Part shown: positions 23,913 to 35,416 of the stretch, in pieces | Layout: every line of letters starts with the position of its first letter | Position numbering within the stretch: position 1 is the stretch's first letter | NCBI GenBank assembly: GCA_038087875.1 | Contig: JAXLNO010000573.1 | Coordinates: 310,001-350,293, forward strand | From: Malacoraja senta | Lineage: Eukaryota | Length of the DNA: 40,293 nt | Direction of reading: 5' to 3' | Notes under the pieces: model-generated | Database searches by the model: none | What the model saw: the letters and a program-made list of their open reading frames with translations, nothing else | Told to the model about the DNA's origin: nothing | Made by a program: the position numbers and the translations under genes

Positions 23913-24690
23913 CATAATGTCATGTGTCCCAGATAGGACAATGAAATTCTTGCTTGCTGCAGCACAACAGAATATAGTTATTGTAAGCATAAATACAGAA
24001 CAGTTCAGTATGTCTATATAGCAAAGACCATATATATACACATAAATAAACAGATAAAGTGCAATAGGCTGTTATAGTTCAGTTTGTTTGATGGCGAGTT
24101 TAATCGCCTGATGGCTGTGAGGAAGAAGCTGTTCATGAACCTGGATGTACCAGATTTCAGGCTCCTGTACCTTCTAACTGATGGCAGCGGAGAGATGAGT
24201 GTGTGGCCAGGATGGTGTGGATCCTTGAAAATGCTGGCAGCCTTTTTGAGGCAGCGACTGTGATAGATCCCTTCGATGGTGGGGAGGTCAGAGCCGATAA
24301 TGGACTGGGCAGTGGTCACAACCTTCTGCAATCTTTTCCGCTCCTGGACGCTCGAGTTGCCGAACCAAGCCGCGATGCAACAAGTCAGCATGCTCTCTAC
24401 TGTGCATCTGTAGAAGTTCGAGAGAGGCCTCTTTGACATACAGACTCTCCGTAATCTTCTCAGGAAGTAGAGGCGCTGATGTGCTTACTTTATAATTGCA
24501 TCAGTGTGCTGGGACCAGGAAAGATCCTCGGAAATATGCACGCCCAGGAATTTGAAGTTCTTGACCCTTTCCACCATCATCCCGTTGATATAAATGGGAT
24601 TGTGGGTCCCTATCCTACCCCTTCCAAAGTCCATAATCAGTTCCTTGGTTTTGCTGGTGTTGAGAGCCAGGTTATTGTGCTGGCACCATA
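23913..24690 (-). mobile_element. Rex1/Babar-clade LINE, 5'-truncated RT C-terminus and 3' UTR
   Basis: ORFs 24485-24715 (WCQHNNLALNTSKTKELIMDF...VKNFKFLGVHISEDLSW) and 24014-24439 (NFYRCTVESMLTCCIAAWFGN...DPHHPGH...SFF). Confidence 0.9.
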
Positions 24691-25629
24691 TTAATTCGGT
24701 GCTATTCATGTACACAGTGAATGAAAATATAAGTATTATTTTATTGATTTCTGCAATATGTTATTTTTAATTCTTTTGGATAAATAACTTTATCACGTTG
24801 AATGGTAGTAGCATATGATAGCAGTAAGGTCAATATAATTTCTTCATCCATTCCATTGCTGCTTGCAGCAAGTTGACCTTTAAAAAAAAGCCTGGATTAA
24901 ACTGAGTCACTGCAGTCTGCTTAGTATCTTTTTCCATTAATCTGTATAAATAGCACTTTTAATTGCAAATTAATAGGCAGTTACTTCAGAAATGTTAAGT
25001 AACGTAGGCATGAATCATACATTTTTCAAATGTGGCCAAAAAATGAGGCTTAGTCATTCAGTTTGTAAATGCAACTTTTAAGTTCTCTGTTTTTTCTATA
25101 ACTGCTTCTCTTGTTAGTAAATTCATTTAGCCCATCAAAAAAAACACTCCCAGAAGACATTTTGACAGGCTTTCTCGTGGAAATCCTCCATCATTTTTGT
25201 GCTAAATTATATCCAATTTTCAGTTCCATGTGGACTTTAATTTAGTTCTGATGGCGTGCCAAATCAGTTGAATACACAAAGTGAACCACGATTTTAAACG
25301 GAAAATGATAATGAAATAAATCACCATAATACATAAAAAATACAAATTTTGATTTTATCAGAGAAGGAAACAACAGCTGAATGTAGTTTATTTCCATAAT
25401 CTGAACATACCTACAGAAATTGATTTAATTACATTTAATTACATAGAGAATATTACAATGAATATGCCCAACTACAAACAGGAATTAAACATCCAAGAGT
25501 GCAGGAGAAATGTTCCAGATAAGATTTACCATTGTGGTGAAATTAATCCAATGCTAAATATCATAAATTGCGTATACAAGCTTAAAGTCATATAAATGTA
25601 AATTGGGCTGATTCACAGATGCCAACGCC

Positions 25630-25802
25630 TTTTAGAAACATAGAAAAAATAGAAACATTTAAAAAAAATAGGTGCAGGAGTAAGCCATTCGGCCCTTTGA
25701 GCCAGCACCACCATTCAATATGATCATGACTGTTCATCCAAAATCAGTACCCCGTTCCTGCTTTTTCCCCATATCCCTTGATTCCTTTAGCCCTAAGAGC
25801 TA
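25630..25802 (-). mobile_element. CR1 3' end
   Basis: Closely similar to 9900-10050; ATAGAAAC-type tail. Confidence 0.85.
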
Positions 25803-26289
25803 GTTTGCAGAAATTTGCAAAAGGAGGTGTTTAGAAAGAGAGCAACTGTAAACATGCCTGGTGTCTCCATAATTTGTCAGACGATTATTATCTTAGTTGA
25901 CAATTTAAATGTGTGAATATTCCCAGTAATTTTTAGTCTGAATAGAAAGAAACTGTGACGTTGTGCACACGACAATCTTCCTTGGTGTAAAGCTGAGTAG
26001 CCAGGTGCAAATAACCCCATGCCCTCTCTCCGGCACACTAATGCTCCATCAAACGATTCAATGGTGAGTTCAGTGGCAGAATGGTCAGTGAGATGACTGG
26101 AAATCCAAGACAAGTTGTGTTCTGAATGGCTGATGGATTACATAGTGGCTCTGTTGGTTGCTAAATTCTGTTTGACCCATTATATTACATGAGAATTAAT
26201 ATATATCAGATATATTTTATGTTCTCTGAAGAAGTAGTCATGAACATTTTGTAATATAAAACTCAAGAGAACATAATTCCAAAACCTTC

Positions 26290-26425
26290 AAGGTCATAAG
26301 TGATAGGATCAGAATTAGGCCCTTCAGCCCATCAAGTCTACTCCACCATCTAATCATGGCTGATCTATCTTTTCCTCCAAACCCCATTCTCCTGCCTTCC
26401 CCCAATAACCCCTAACCCCTAACCC
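26290..26425 (-). mobile_element. CR1 3' end (second subfamily)
   Basis: Reverse complement of the 32700-32815 end (CATAAGTGATAGGA..AGAATTAGGCC...ATCATGGCTGATCTATCT). Confidence 0.8.
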
Positions 26426-26689
26426 TTGAGTAAGGTGAATTATATAATTTGGCTTAGAAAAGTGGATGAAGAGAATGGTCGATAGGTATCAAAAGCATGT
26501 GTCAGAACTCAGCTGAATATATAAGATAATATATAATTTCCAAACATAATGGGGAAATTCTCCTTGCCAAACCATCATTTATTCATTCATCTCCCCAAAA
26601 TGTATTTTCAAAATGAGCGATGCTAGTGGGTAGGAAGTGAACCAACAATATTTTAAGTGAACTTCAAGAACTAACATCTAGATGTGGAG

Positions 26690-26895
26690 TATATGGAATG
26701 AGCTGCCAGAGGAAGCAGTTGAGGTGGGTACAATTACGACGTTTAAAAGACACCAACATAGGTACGTGGATAGGGAAGGTTTGGAGGGTTATTGGCCAGG
26801 CACAGAGAAATAGGGCTAGCTTGAGAAGGTAATTTGGTCAGCATGGATGAGTTGGGCCAAAGGGTGTGTTTCCATGCACCAAGGCGCTATGATTC
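26690..26895 (+). mobile_element. CR1 3' end, degenerate
   Basis: TGGAATGAGCTGCCAGAGGAAG (WNELPEE)...TTGGGCCAAAGGGTGTGTTTCC. Confidence 0.75.
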
Positions 26896-27616
26896 AATTA
26901 TCCTATCTACTGATTCTAAAATGGTCAGTGAATGCACTTTACAATCGCCCAGTTTTCTTCAGATGGAAACCTATTCCAGGACAAATTCAACTTCAGGGTT
27001 TTTAGTTTGGAGTAATAAACCAATCGTTGTAGAAGTAGAAAACCTACTAAAATAAGAAAAATCAATAAATGTCCATAATAAATGGTTATAGATCTACAGA
27101 AGACATTGCAGTATGAATTCAAATGTAATGGTTGTACTACATGAGATATTGTGAATTAGCAGCCAATTATACCCAACTTTCTGTTCCATGGATTTATAAC
27201 AATGTTATAATGATGTTTAATGTCACCTAGAAAAAGGTTCACTGAAAATAAAAGTTTACACTATGAACAAAGCCACATTTATATCTGCTCCAGACCACTC
27301 AGTTACATGGTTCTTCTTAGGATCTTAGCTTAATGCTGCTGACGAGATCTATATTTGTTTCCAAAATCCCAACCTCCTCACCATTCACCCTGCAACTCCC
27401 CGAACACCAACACCCCCATCTCCCACTCGCTGCTAACTCCCTGTCTTATTGAGTCAAACAGGGAAGGAAAAGGGAGGAAAAGAAACTTCAATCATTGCAC
27501 GAGTTGCGCTTTTCCAATCATTATTCACTCACAAGCTGTGGTGGTCAGTGGCTTAAAACTTTTCAGTGCATTTTTAATGATGACTCATTGTTGCCTCAGA
27601 TCTTTGCCTATAAAAT

Positions 27617-28365
27617 GCAATACAATACAATAATACTTTATTAGCCAAGTATGTTTTGCAACATATGAGGAATTTCATTTGCCAAGTCAGTCAGATAAAT
27701 GAGAAGCAACTGAACACACAAAATACATTTTAACATAAACATCCACCACAGTGACTCCTCCACATTCCTCACTGTGATGGAAGGTGAAAAAAAGTTCAAT
27801 CTCTTCCCTTCTTTGTTCTCCCGCGGTCGGGGGCCTCGAGCATTCCGTTGATGGGACCATCTAGGCGGCGGCGTTTTGGCCCTCTGTGACGGGACGATCA
27901 GGCTCCTGCATCGAGGGGATGTCAGCTCCCCGCGCCGAACGATCGGACCCTGGGTCGGGGCTGGTTGAACCTTCTGCGTCGTTGGAGCTCCCGACTTCTA
28001 CGGGCTCTACCCGAGACTGCGAGCTCCTGATGTTAAAGACCGCAGGCCGCGGTTGGAGCGATCCCAGGCAAGGGATCGGCTCTGATGTAAGTCCACACCC
28101 TGCGGTGGGGTTCAGTCAGTCCCGAGCGAGGCCTCCAGCTCTAGGATGTTAGGCCGCAGAGCCACCCAAGATGCGTCCCGCAAAACAATCACATCTCCGG
28201 AAAGATAAGAGATTGAAAAAAAGTTTCCCCCGACCCCCTCCCCCTCCCCCCACATAAAACAAACCGGAGAACATTTACATAAACTTTTAAAACATGCTAA
28301 AAATAACATAAAAAGACGAAAAAACAGACAGACTGTTGGCGAGGCTGCCAATCGTGCGGCGCCAA
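27617..28365 (-). mobile_element. GC-rich ~750-bp non-autonomous retroposon, apparently full length
   Basis: 5' GGCGCC...TGGCAGCCTCGCCAACAGTCTG (minus strand) shared with the 29866 copy; (ATTGT)n tail; similar to 11596-12215. Confidence 0.8.
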
Positions 28366-28693
28366 TATATGGAGACGAGCTGGATCAGTTTTTATTATTT
28401 AAAGAATGGATAATTTTCCCTCATGAATAGTGGAATAAATTCTTCACTTTTTGCTATACTATACATTTCTCAGCTGTCATTTGCTTGCGATTTTATGGGT
28501 GTGTGCTATGAAATTAAAAAAAAGAATAAATGAGCTTATAAACCAAATAATAAAATATATAAATAATTTGAATAAAATGCCCATTTCCCCATGACTCATC
28601 ATGGATATTCCCGCGCATATACATTCAACCTTATTACAAATAATATATTCAATGAACAGTGGCTTTCTAGTGCATCTTGATTATCTGAGGATG

Positions 28694-28747
28694 GGGGTGG
28701 AAGATTGCAACCTTCACGTGGTCTGCCCTGTTTCGACGAATGCAATC
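28694..28747 (+). ncRNA. Putative minimal HDV-like (CPEB3-type) self-cleaving ribozyme, copy 2
   Basis: P1 GGGGTGG(28694-28700)/CTGCCCT(28723-28729); P2 GATTGCA(28703-28709)/TGCAATC(28741-28747); P3 ACC/GGT; L3 TTCACGT; J4/2 CGAA with C at 28737. Confidence 0.75.
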
Positions 28748-28833
28748 AACCTGCCGTGCACAATCAAATATGATCCAATAGTACAAGTTGTCCTACAACT
28801 TTAGGCTGTGCACACCATATGCAAGAAGAAGAC
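28694..28833 (+). mobile_element. Short non-autonomous retroposon with 5' HDV-like ribozyme, copy 2
   Basis: Homologous to 198-335; probable TSD CTGAGGATG (28685-28693) / CTGAGCATG (28834-28842), 8 of 9 identical; AAGAAGAAGA tail. Confidence 0.85.
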
Positions 28834-28980
28834 CTGAGCATGCATGGACAACTATTGTTCGGGCCTTCATTGACAAGCTGTAATAGGAAATCTCCATTCA
28901 GCTCCTGCAGCATCTGACCTCCAAACCTGTTCTGATATTTAATGGGATGATCTGCATCTTAAGTCCATTTTACGTCTATG

Positions 28981-29170
28981 CACAAAATGCTGGAGTAATT
29001 CAGCGAGACAGGCAGCATCTCTGGAGAGAAGGGATAGGTGACATTTTGGGTCTCGACCCGAAACGTCACCCATTCCTTCCCTCCTGAGATGCTGCATGTC
29101 CCACTGAGTTACTCCAGCATTTTGTGTCTTTCTTTGGTGTAAACCAGCATCTGCAGTTCCTTCCTACACA
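28981..29170. mobile_element. Inverted (fold-back) pair of Penelope-like terminal-repeat fragments
   Basis: 28981-29052 and 29055-29126 are imperfect reverse complements centred on GGGTC-TC-GACCC. Confidence 0.85.
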
Positions 29171-29520
29171 TCAGGTCCACGCACAACTGCCTATCAAGTG
29201 GTTAAGCAAGTTCGCAATCACTGTTTTGGTTTGTGTGAAAGGGGTCCACAATGATAGTCCCTTTGTACGTTGAAATTTTCCTAACTTCTCTCCAGTAGGG
29301 TCAGATTCTGATTTAACAGTTAGGTTACTTTGGCTTAGATTTCTCCACAGGTGAAAAATTATTCTCTCAGAAAAATGATTTCTTCAAAATTAATAATCCT
29401 GAATCAATCACTCATTAACCTTTAATATTTAAGAGAATGCTAAATTAGTTTCTATAACCTCAATTTGTAAAATTACACTTGAAGCCAACATGATACAGCA
29501 ATTGTGAATGCAATCAGACA

Positions 29521-29840
29521 TTGTGCAAAGATCAGCAAACACCTCCTCGGAACCTGAAGCTTTCGACCATCTCTTCTTCGGCATCATCAATGTGTACCAG
29601 GGTATGTGCACTGCTTTGCCAACTGAAGCCAATCACAGTCTCCTTTGTCTTGCTGACATTGAGGGAGAGGTTGTTGTCTTGGCACCAGGTTATAAGATTC
29701 TCAATATCCTTTCTGTACTCCTTGTCGTCACTATTTGATATCAGACCCACTATTGTAGTGTCGTCTGCGAACGTGCAAATAGAGTTGGATTGGTATTTGG
29801 CTGCATAGTCATGAGTGGACAAGGATTATAGCAGTGGGCT
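29521..29840 (-). mobile_element. Rex1/Babar-clade LINE RT fragment
   Basis: ORF 29532-29822: THDYAAKYQSNSICTFADDTTIVGLISNSDDKEYR...WCQDNNLSLNVSKTKE (FADD catalytic motif). Confidence 0.9.
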
Positions 29841-29865
29841 ATATTGATTCATTGATGAAGCACCA

Positions 29866-30592
29866 GGTGGCGCCACCGTAGTGGCTGCCTCGCCAACAGT
29901 CTGGCTGTCCCCTCTCTGTTTTTATTATTTTTAAATATGTTTTAAAAGTATGTTTTAGTGTATCTTAGTCTGTTTTATGTGGGGGTGTGGGGGGGGGGGG
30001 GAATTGGGGGAAACTTTTTCAGTCACTTACCTCGACGGCAATGTGTTTTTTCTCCATGTCGCGTCTCCGTCCCCTCCTGTGGCTTAACAACATGGAGTGG
30101 TGCGGCCTTTCCTGAAGACCAGCCCGGCTCTTCAAGCCGCAGGCACAGCGCGGACTTTAACATCGGGAGCTGCGATCCTTTGCCGAGGATTGTGAAGAGC
30201 TCCAACCGCGGGGCCTGTGGACTTTAACACCGTGAAGTCCGCGGTCTCCGGTAAGAAGAGGCCGACTTGGGAGCTCCATGCCGCGGAGTGTTCCAATCCG
30301 TCCCGACGCCGGAGTTTCCATCATCCCGACGCGAGGGCTTCGGACATCGGACCATCAGCAGCGGCGAACTGCAGAAGGTTAAACAGCCCCGACCACGGGT
30401 GAACAAAGGAGGAAGATGATTGAACTTTATTACCTTCCATCACAGTGCGGAATGTCGATTCCACTGTGGTGGATGTTTATGTTAAATTTTATATTATGTG
30501 TATTGCTTTTCACTTAGTATGGCTGTATGGTAACTCAAATTTCACTGTACCTTAATTGGTGCATGTGAAAAAAACGCGAACTTGAACTTGAA
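29866..30592 (+). mobile_element. GC-rich ~730-bp non-autonomous retroposon, divergent subfamily
   Basis: 5' GGTGGCGCC...TGGCTGCCTCGCCAACAGTCTG, G-run, subterminal CCTTCCATCACAGTG...CACTGTGGTGGATG hairpin, (TTGAAC)n tail. Confidence 0.8.
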
Positions 30593-30644
30593 CAGATTCA
30601 CCACCCTCAGGTGACATTTGTGCTTTATTTGCGTTTGGTATCAT

Positions 30645-30740
30645 TTTCTTCAGCTGCTTCCTCGATGACATTCTTTACATCATGCAGCCAGAAATGGTAA
30701 TGTTTGCTGATGATTGCACAATGTCCAATTGCATTTACAA
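30645..30740 (+). mobile_element. Old CR1-group LINE RT fragment
   Basis: Translates to FSCFLDDILYIMQPEMVMFADDCTM; same family as 5500-7050. Confidence 0.65.
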
Positions 30741-31514
30741 GCACTTTATCATGAAAAGAAAACACTACTTTGTAAAGTTAATAGCACTGTCCACAACATC
30801 TTCCATCCATTTGATGATGAGTGAAATGAGACGACTTGGGTAGCAATTAGTCAAATTGGGTTCTTTGTACTTTGGGGGACAAGATGTGCCTGGAACAGAT
30901 TGGCCAGAGGCATGTAATTCTGGACAGCAAATCTTGTTGGTGAAAAACCACGCAAAATGGATACTATTCCATTAGATGCTAGAAAAGAAATTGCAGGAGC
31001 CTTGATGGAGATACACTAAACCCTCTTTATAACAGACCACAGTGGAGCGAATGGTTCCTGTTATTCATGATTGTCTGCTATAACTGAGTAAAACTTTCTC
31101 GAGAAATAGAGTATCATTGTATAAATAGTAGAAATAAAGAAACTGCAGATGCTGCTAGACTAACAGAACACTTTATAAAGGCTTGGCAAAAGATAAATAT
31201 GGAATAAGTCATTAGATTCCCTGAAGAATTACCAAGTGGATCAGCCACTGGAAGATTCAAACAATAAGGCCCCTCTGAAGTGACTCTCTGGTAAATGTTT
31301 CCTTTGAATCAAAATATCAATCATGTCAGTTTAATTCTGATCTGAGGGATATTATCAATAGACAGAACCCACTAACACCACTGAGGATGGCCTTTGTGGA
31401 CAGACATTAAGTTCATGTGGGAACAAACATTGATTACTTAATAGCATTTGTGACATTGCCATAATATTAAGCAAAGATCGTTTGATGGTATTAGATAGGA
31501 ACTTGTTAAATTGA

Positions 31515-31965
31515 TTATAGTAGGATGTTTGCAGGCAAAGGGACGTCTGGAAACTGGGATGCTCTTAAAAGAGTGATGGTGAGAGATCAAAGCATGCGTG
31601 TTCCTGTCAGAATGAAGAGCAAGGCAACTGGGAGTAAGGAACCATGGATGACGTGCGAAATTGAGGCTCTGGTCAGGAAAACAAAGAAGGCAGAGGCCAG
31701 GTATAGACAGCTGGGATCAAGTTTATTCCAGGAGGAGTTCACGGGACTGAGGAGCATACCTCAGAAGGAAATCAGGAGGGTAAAAAGGGGGCTGGAGCTG
31801 GCTCTAGCAGATCACATTAAGGAAAATCCAAAGATATTTTATATGTACACTAATGCAAAGCCCTTCAGAAAACAAGAGGCCATATATCTGTGGAGCTGCG
31901 GCAGATGAGCAAAGTCCTCAATGAGTATTTCTTTGCTGTTTTTACTGTGGAGAAATACATGAAGC
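31515..31965 (+). mobile_element. CR1 ORF2 internal fragment (between endonuclease and RT)
   Basis: ORF 31525-31908: EPWMTCEIEALVRK...KEIRRVKRGLELALADHIKENPKIFY; then VLNEYF.AVFT.E. Confidence 0.8.
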
Positions 31966-31999
31966 ATGTATGGGATTCATTGTAACAGTTCAGGAGACC

Positions 32000-32355
32000 A
32001 TAGAGAGAGAGTCAGTGTGAGAATGGGATGGTGAATGAAAGTGGAAAACAATTGGAAGCATAGGGTCTCTCCTCAAACTGAACACATGTGTTCCACTTGG
32101 TACTCATCCAAACTGTGTTTGGTTTCTCCAATACAGAGGAGACATCATTTTCACACTCAGTTCAGTACACTAGACTGGACGTAGTGCAAATGAATTGTTG
32201 CTTCACCTGGAAGGACTGTTTGGGTCCCAAGGTGTTGGGAAGAGAAAAGGTGAAAGGACAGGTGTTGCATCTCCTGCAGGTGCACAGGAAGATGTTATCA
32301 GATGGGAAGAGGTAGTTGCAGGTAGAACATTGGTCCTTGGAGTCACAACCGGAGT
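32000..32355 (-). mobile_element. Degenerate Penelope-like GIY-YIG fragment
   Basis: CTCRRCNTCPFT...GPKQSFQVKQQFICTTSSLVY in ORF 32162-32530. Confidence 0.8.
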
Positions 32356-32372
32356 GATCATTTGTCGGCACT

Positions 32373-32815
32373 TGTATGATGAGCATTTGTCGGCACTGGG
32401 CCTGTACTCGCTGGAGTTTAGATGAAAGAGGGGGGACCTCATCGAAACATACAGAATAGTGAAAGGCTTGGATAGAGTGGATGTGGAGAGGATGTTTCCG
32501 ATAGTGGGAGAGTCTAGGACTAGAAGACATAGCCTCAGAATTAAAGGACGTTATTTTAGGAAGGAGATAAGGAAGAATTTATATAGTCAGAGGGTGGTGA
32601 ATCTGTGGCATTCTTTACTACAGAAGGCTGTGGAGGTGAAATCAGTAGATATATTTAAGGCAGAGATAGATAGATTCTTGATTAGTACGGGTGTCAGAAG
32701 TTATGGGGAGAAGGCAGGAGAATGGGGTTAGGAAGGAGAGATAGATCAGCCATGATTGAATGGCTGAGTAGACTTGATGAGTCAAATGGCCTAATTTTGT
32801 TCCTGTCACTTATGA
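32373..32815 (+). mobile_element. CR1 LINE, 5'-truncated
   Basis: LSALGLYSLEFR and ORF 32459-32731 (KGLDRVDVERMFP..GESRTR.HSLRIKG...SQRVVNLW). Confidence 0.92.
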
Positions 32816-34854
32816 CGATCTTATTATCTTAACTATCTCTCTTTCCAAAGATGTGCCAAACGTGCTGATATTTTCTAGCATTTTCTATTTTTATTTCTGA
32901 TTTCAGGCATCTGCAATTATTTTCATTTATAGTCACAGTATATGCTTGAAGAAAATTAAATTAGGCCATCCAATATTTAATTTACATTTCAAGAGTTATC
33001 TGGTTAGATATTATGGCCTGAAACTACTGCATTAATGCTGGAACACAGCAACAGAGTACATGATAACTATTTGCAAAGAGAGGGGACGGCAAACACTCTG
33101 GGTATGTAGGTATTCAGCAAATTTATTCCATTGAAGAATAAGAGCCTGGAGTCGAGTACAATCTAATGGTCTTAACAATGCTGCGCCAATAAACGTTTCA
33201 ATCATGGCCCATCCCCTGTAATCTTCAGTCACACCATTATCTTGCACACTACTGAATGGGCATGGCACCTTTTCACAAAAGAAATGTGCTGCCTTGTGTT
33301 GAGACGACAGCTGGAGAAGGCGGTGGAGAGATAAGAGGCATTGGTGTTTAGACAATAAGGAAGTGGTGGGATTAATGGGAAGTCAGTATGTGGAATGTTG
33401 AAGACTGGACAATGAAGATCTTGATTGGGATCGATTGATGGGTGGTGCCGGACTGATGGGAGGATTAAGGAAGGCAATACGAGGGTGTTCTGTGGAGTGG
33501 TTCAAAGGAAAAAAGGTTAATGCGGGACTTATCTTGGTGTGTTCCTGGCCTGGAACTGTGCTATAAAGATCAAGGTCGACTCCTCCTGGGAAGTATCCAG
33601 AATAACACAAAATGACATGGAAATGGTTATTATCATTTTATATTTTTTGGTAAATATATTTCTAATCTTGAAGCACTGTAACAAACATCATTACACAATG
33701 CAATTTTAAAAGTAATCCCTCCTTTGTCTTCAGACGAGCTGACTGACCTGCAGTATATTTCTAAGTTTTAATGCTGAATTGTACATCTGGATTCAATGGC
33801 CAAATGGACAAAGAAATTACTTTTGGGATCTCCTCTGACAAAGAGTTTTAAAAAAAAATCACATTATGGAAATATGCATTAAATATGAGGAATGAGAGAA
33901 AATTGATTAACTTCAGCTAAAAAAACAGCTTTCACCTTCAAAGAAGAAAAAGATCTCTGGGATGATTTATTCCCAAGGATGAGAAAGATCAGATACTGGG
34001 GAAATTTACATTGAAAGTCTTGTTCAGCTGCAAAGCAATTTCATTTTTGCACAGGCTATAAACTGATAGTATAAATCCAGAGTCAGGCCCCAATTTTACT
34101 CCAGAGCAAAGCACAGTGAGACATTGCAAAAAGGTTAGCCTCACACTACTTGACTGCAAATCTGGTGGAATGTCAAACCTGATTTACCCACTACACAATC
34201 TGTAAACCTACTAGGTTTCACTTAAAGATATTGGCTGTGAAATTGAACTCAATACCACCCATTGTTTGAGCACCGTGGGTGCAAATTCAATTGCACAGTT
34301 TTTTTATGGTATCCTACAATGACTCTCCATATTTCCATTTTTGTTTGCAACATAAAGGGAGGCTACTCCACCCATTGAGTCTATACCAACTCCAAAAGCA
34401 ATCCCATTCTCCTACTGCTGATATCTGTGACCTGTTCTACTCGCATTCCCATCAACTGCCCCTGTTGGAAGAAGATTGGGAAGGGTGGACCTGGCCCAGT
34501 GAAACATATCCTATCCCACAGAAGAGCTTAGTGACTCATTGTCCTTTGGGTACTGCAGCAAGGACTGATGGAGTGAGAGCATTCAGAGGAGGGCTGCCAG
34601 TTGGAAGATGCCAGGGGGAGAAGGAGAGGATTCTCAGCAGCGGACCCTTTCCACCAGATTGGTTCAGGATGCAGGGCCAGAACTCTAATGCCAATGGCAA
34701 TGAAGGTAGCAATGACCATAACTTTCTCCCCTATAGGTATATTCAAACTGACGATGGTGGCTTCACTAATATCTCACGATTGCATCAGGAAGATTATAGA
34801 GATTCTCTACTTCAACACAGCAGTATTAACTTTGTCCTTGAGAATCAAAAACGT

Positions 34855-35220
34855 TCAAATGCAGGAAATCTGAAAACAAAATCTGAAATGCTGGAAATAT
34901 TCATCAGCACAGACTGCATTTGTGGAAAGAGAAGTAGAGTTAATGTATCAAGTTGATGGAAATGCAAGGAGCTGCGAATGCTAGAATCTTCAGCAAAACA
35001 AAGTGCTGGAGTAAATCAATGGGTCAGGCAACATCTGTGGATGGAATGGACAGGCAACATTTCTGGTCAGCACTCCTCTTCAGACTGAGGGGAGTAGAGG
35101 TGGGGGCAGGACTAAGTATAGTAAGTGATAGGTAGATACAGGTGAGTGGGGTCCTTGATTGGCAGATGGGTGGTGCAAATTGATGACTTTTCCTCTGAAC
35201 TCAAAAAAGTTAGAAATAAA
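34855..35220 (-). mobile_element. Degenerate Penelope-like terminal-repeat fragments
   Basis: GTGCTGGAGTAAATCAATGGGTCAGGCAACATCTGTGG...CTCTTCAGACTGA. Confidence 0.6.
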
Positions 35221-35416
35221 ACTTGCCTTAAGTTGCAGAGAAGGGAGAAAGCTGGCGAAGGCAAGCACAATGTCTGTGATATTGTGGAGACCAAAGAGAC
35301 TGACACCAATGCAAATGGCAGTGAGTTAGTTGAGAGAAAGGGCAATGGCTCGTTAATCTCAAATGATCTGCCTCGAGAAAACTTTTTAATACTAATTTTC
35401 ATGGGTTTGAATGTTT

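Noticed and set aside
26405..26426. (TAACCCC)n resembling an interstitial telomeric repeat
   Set aside because: 7-bp unit, about three copies, an expansion of sequence native to the CR1 fragment
32359..32397. 14-bp direct repeat CATTTGTCGGCACT
   Set aside because: Small duplication at the 5' junction of a truncated CR1; an ordinary insertion scar
34279..34956. 225-aa ORF, the longest in the window
   Set aside because: GTG start, no recognisable domain, C-terminus runs into a Penelope remnant; probably chance
35239..35320. Possible plus-strand exon (RREKAGEGKHNV...NG, GTGAGT donor)
   Set aside because: Weak acceptor, wedged between repeats, no partner exon
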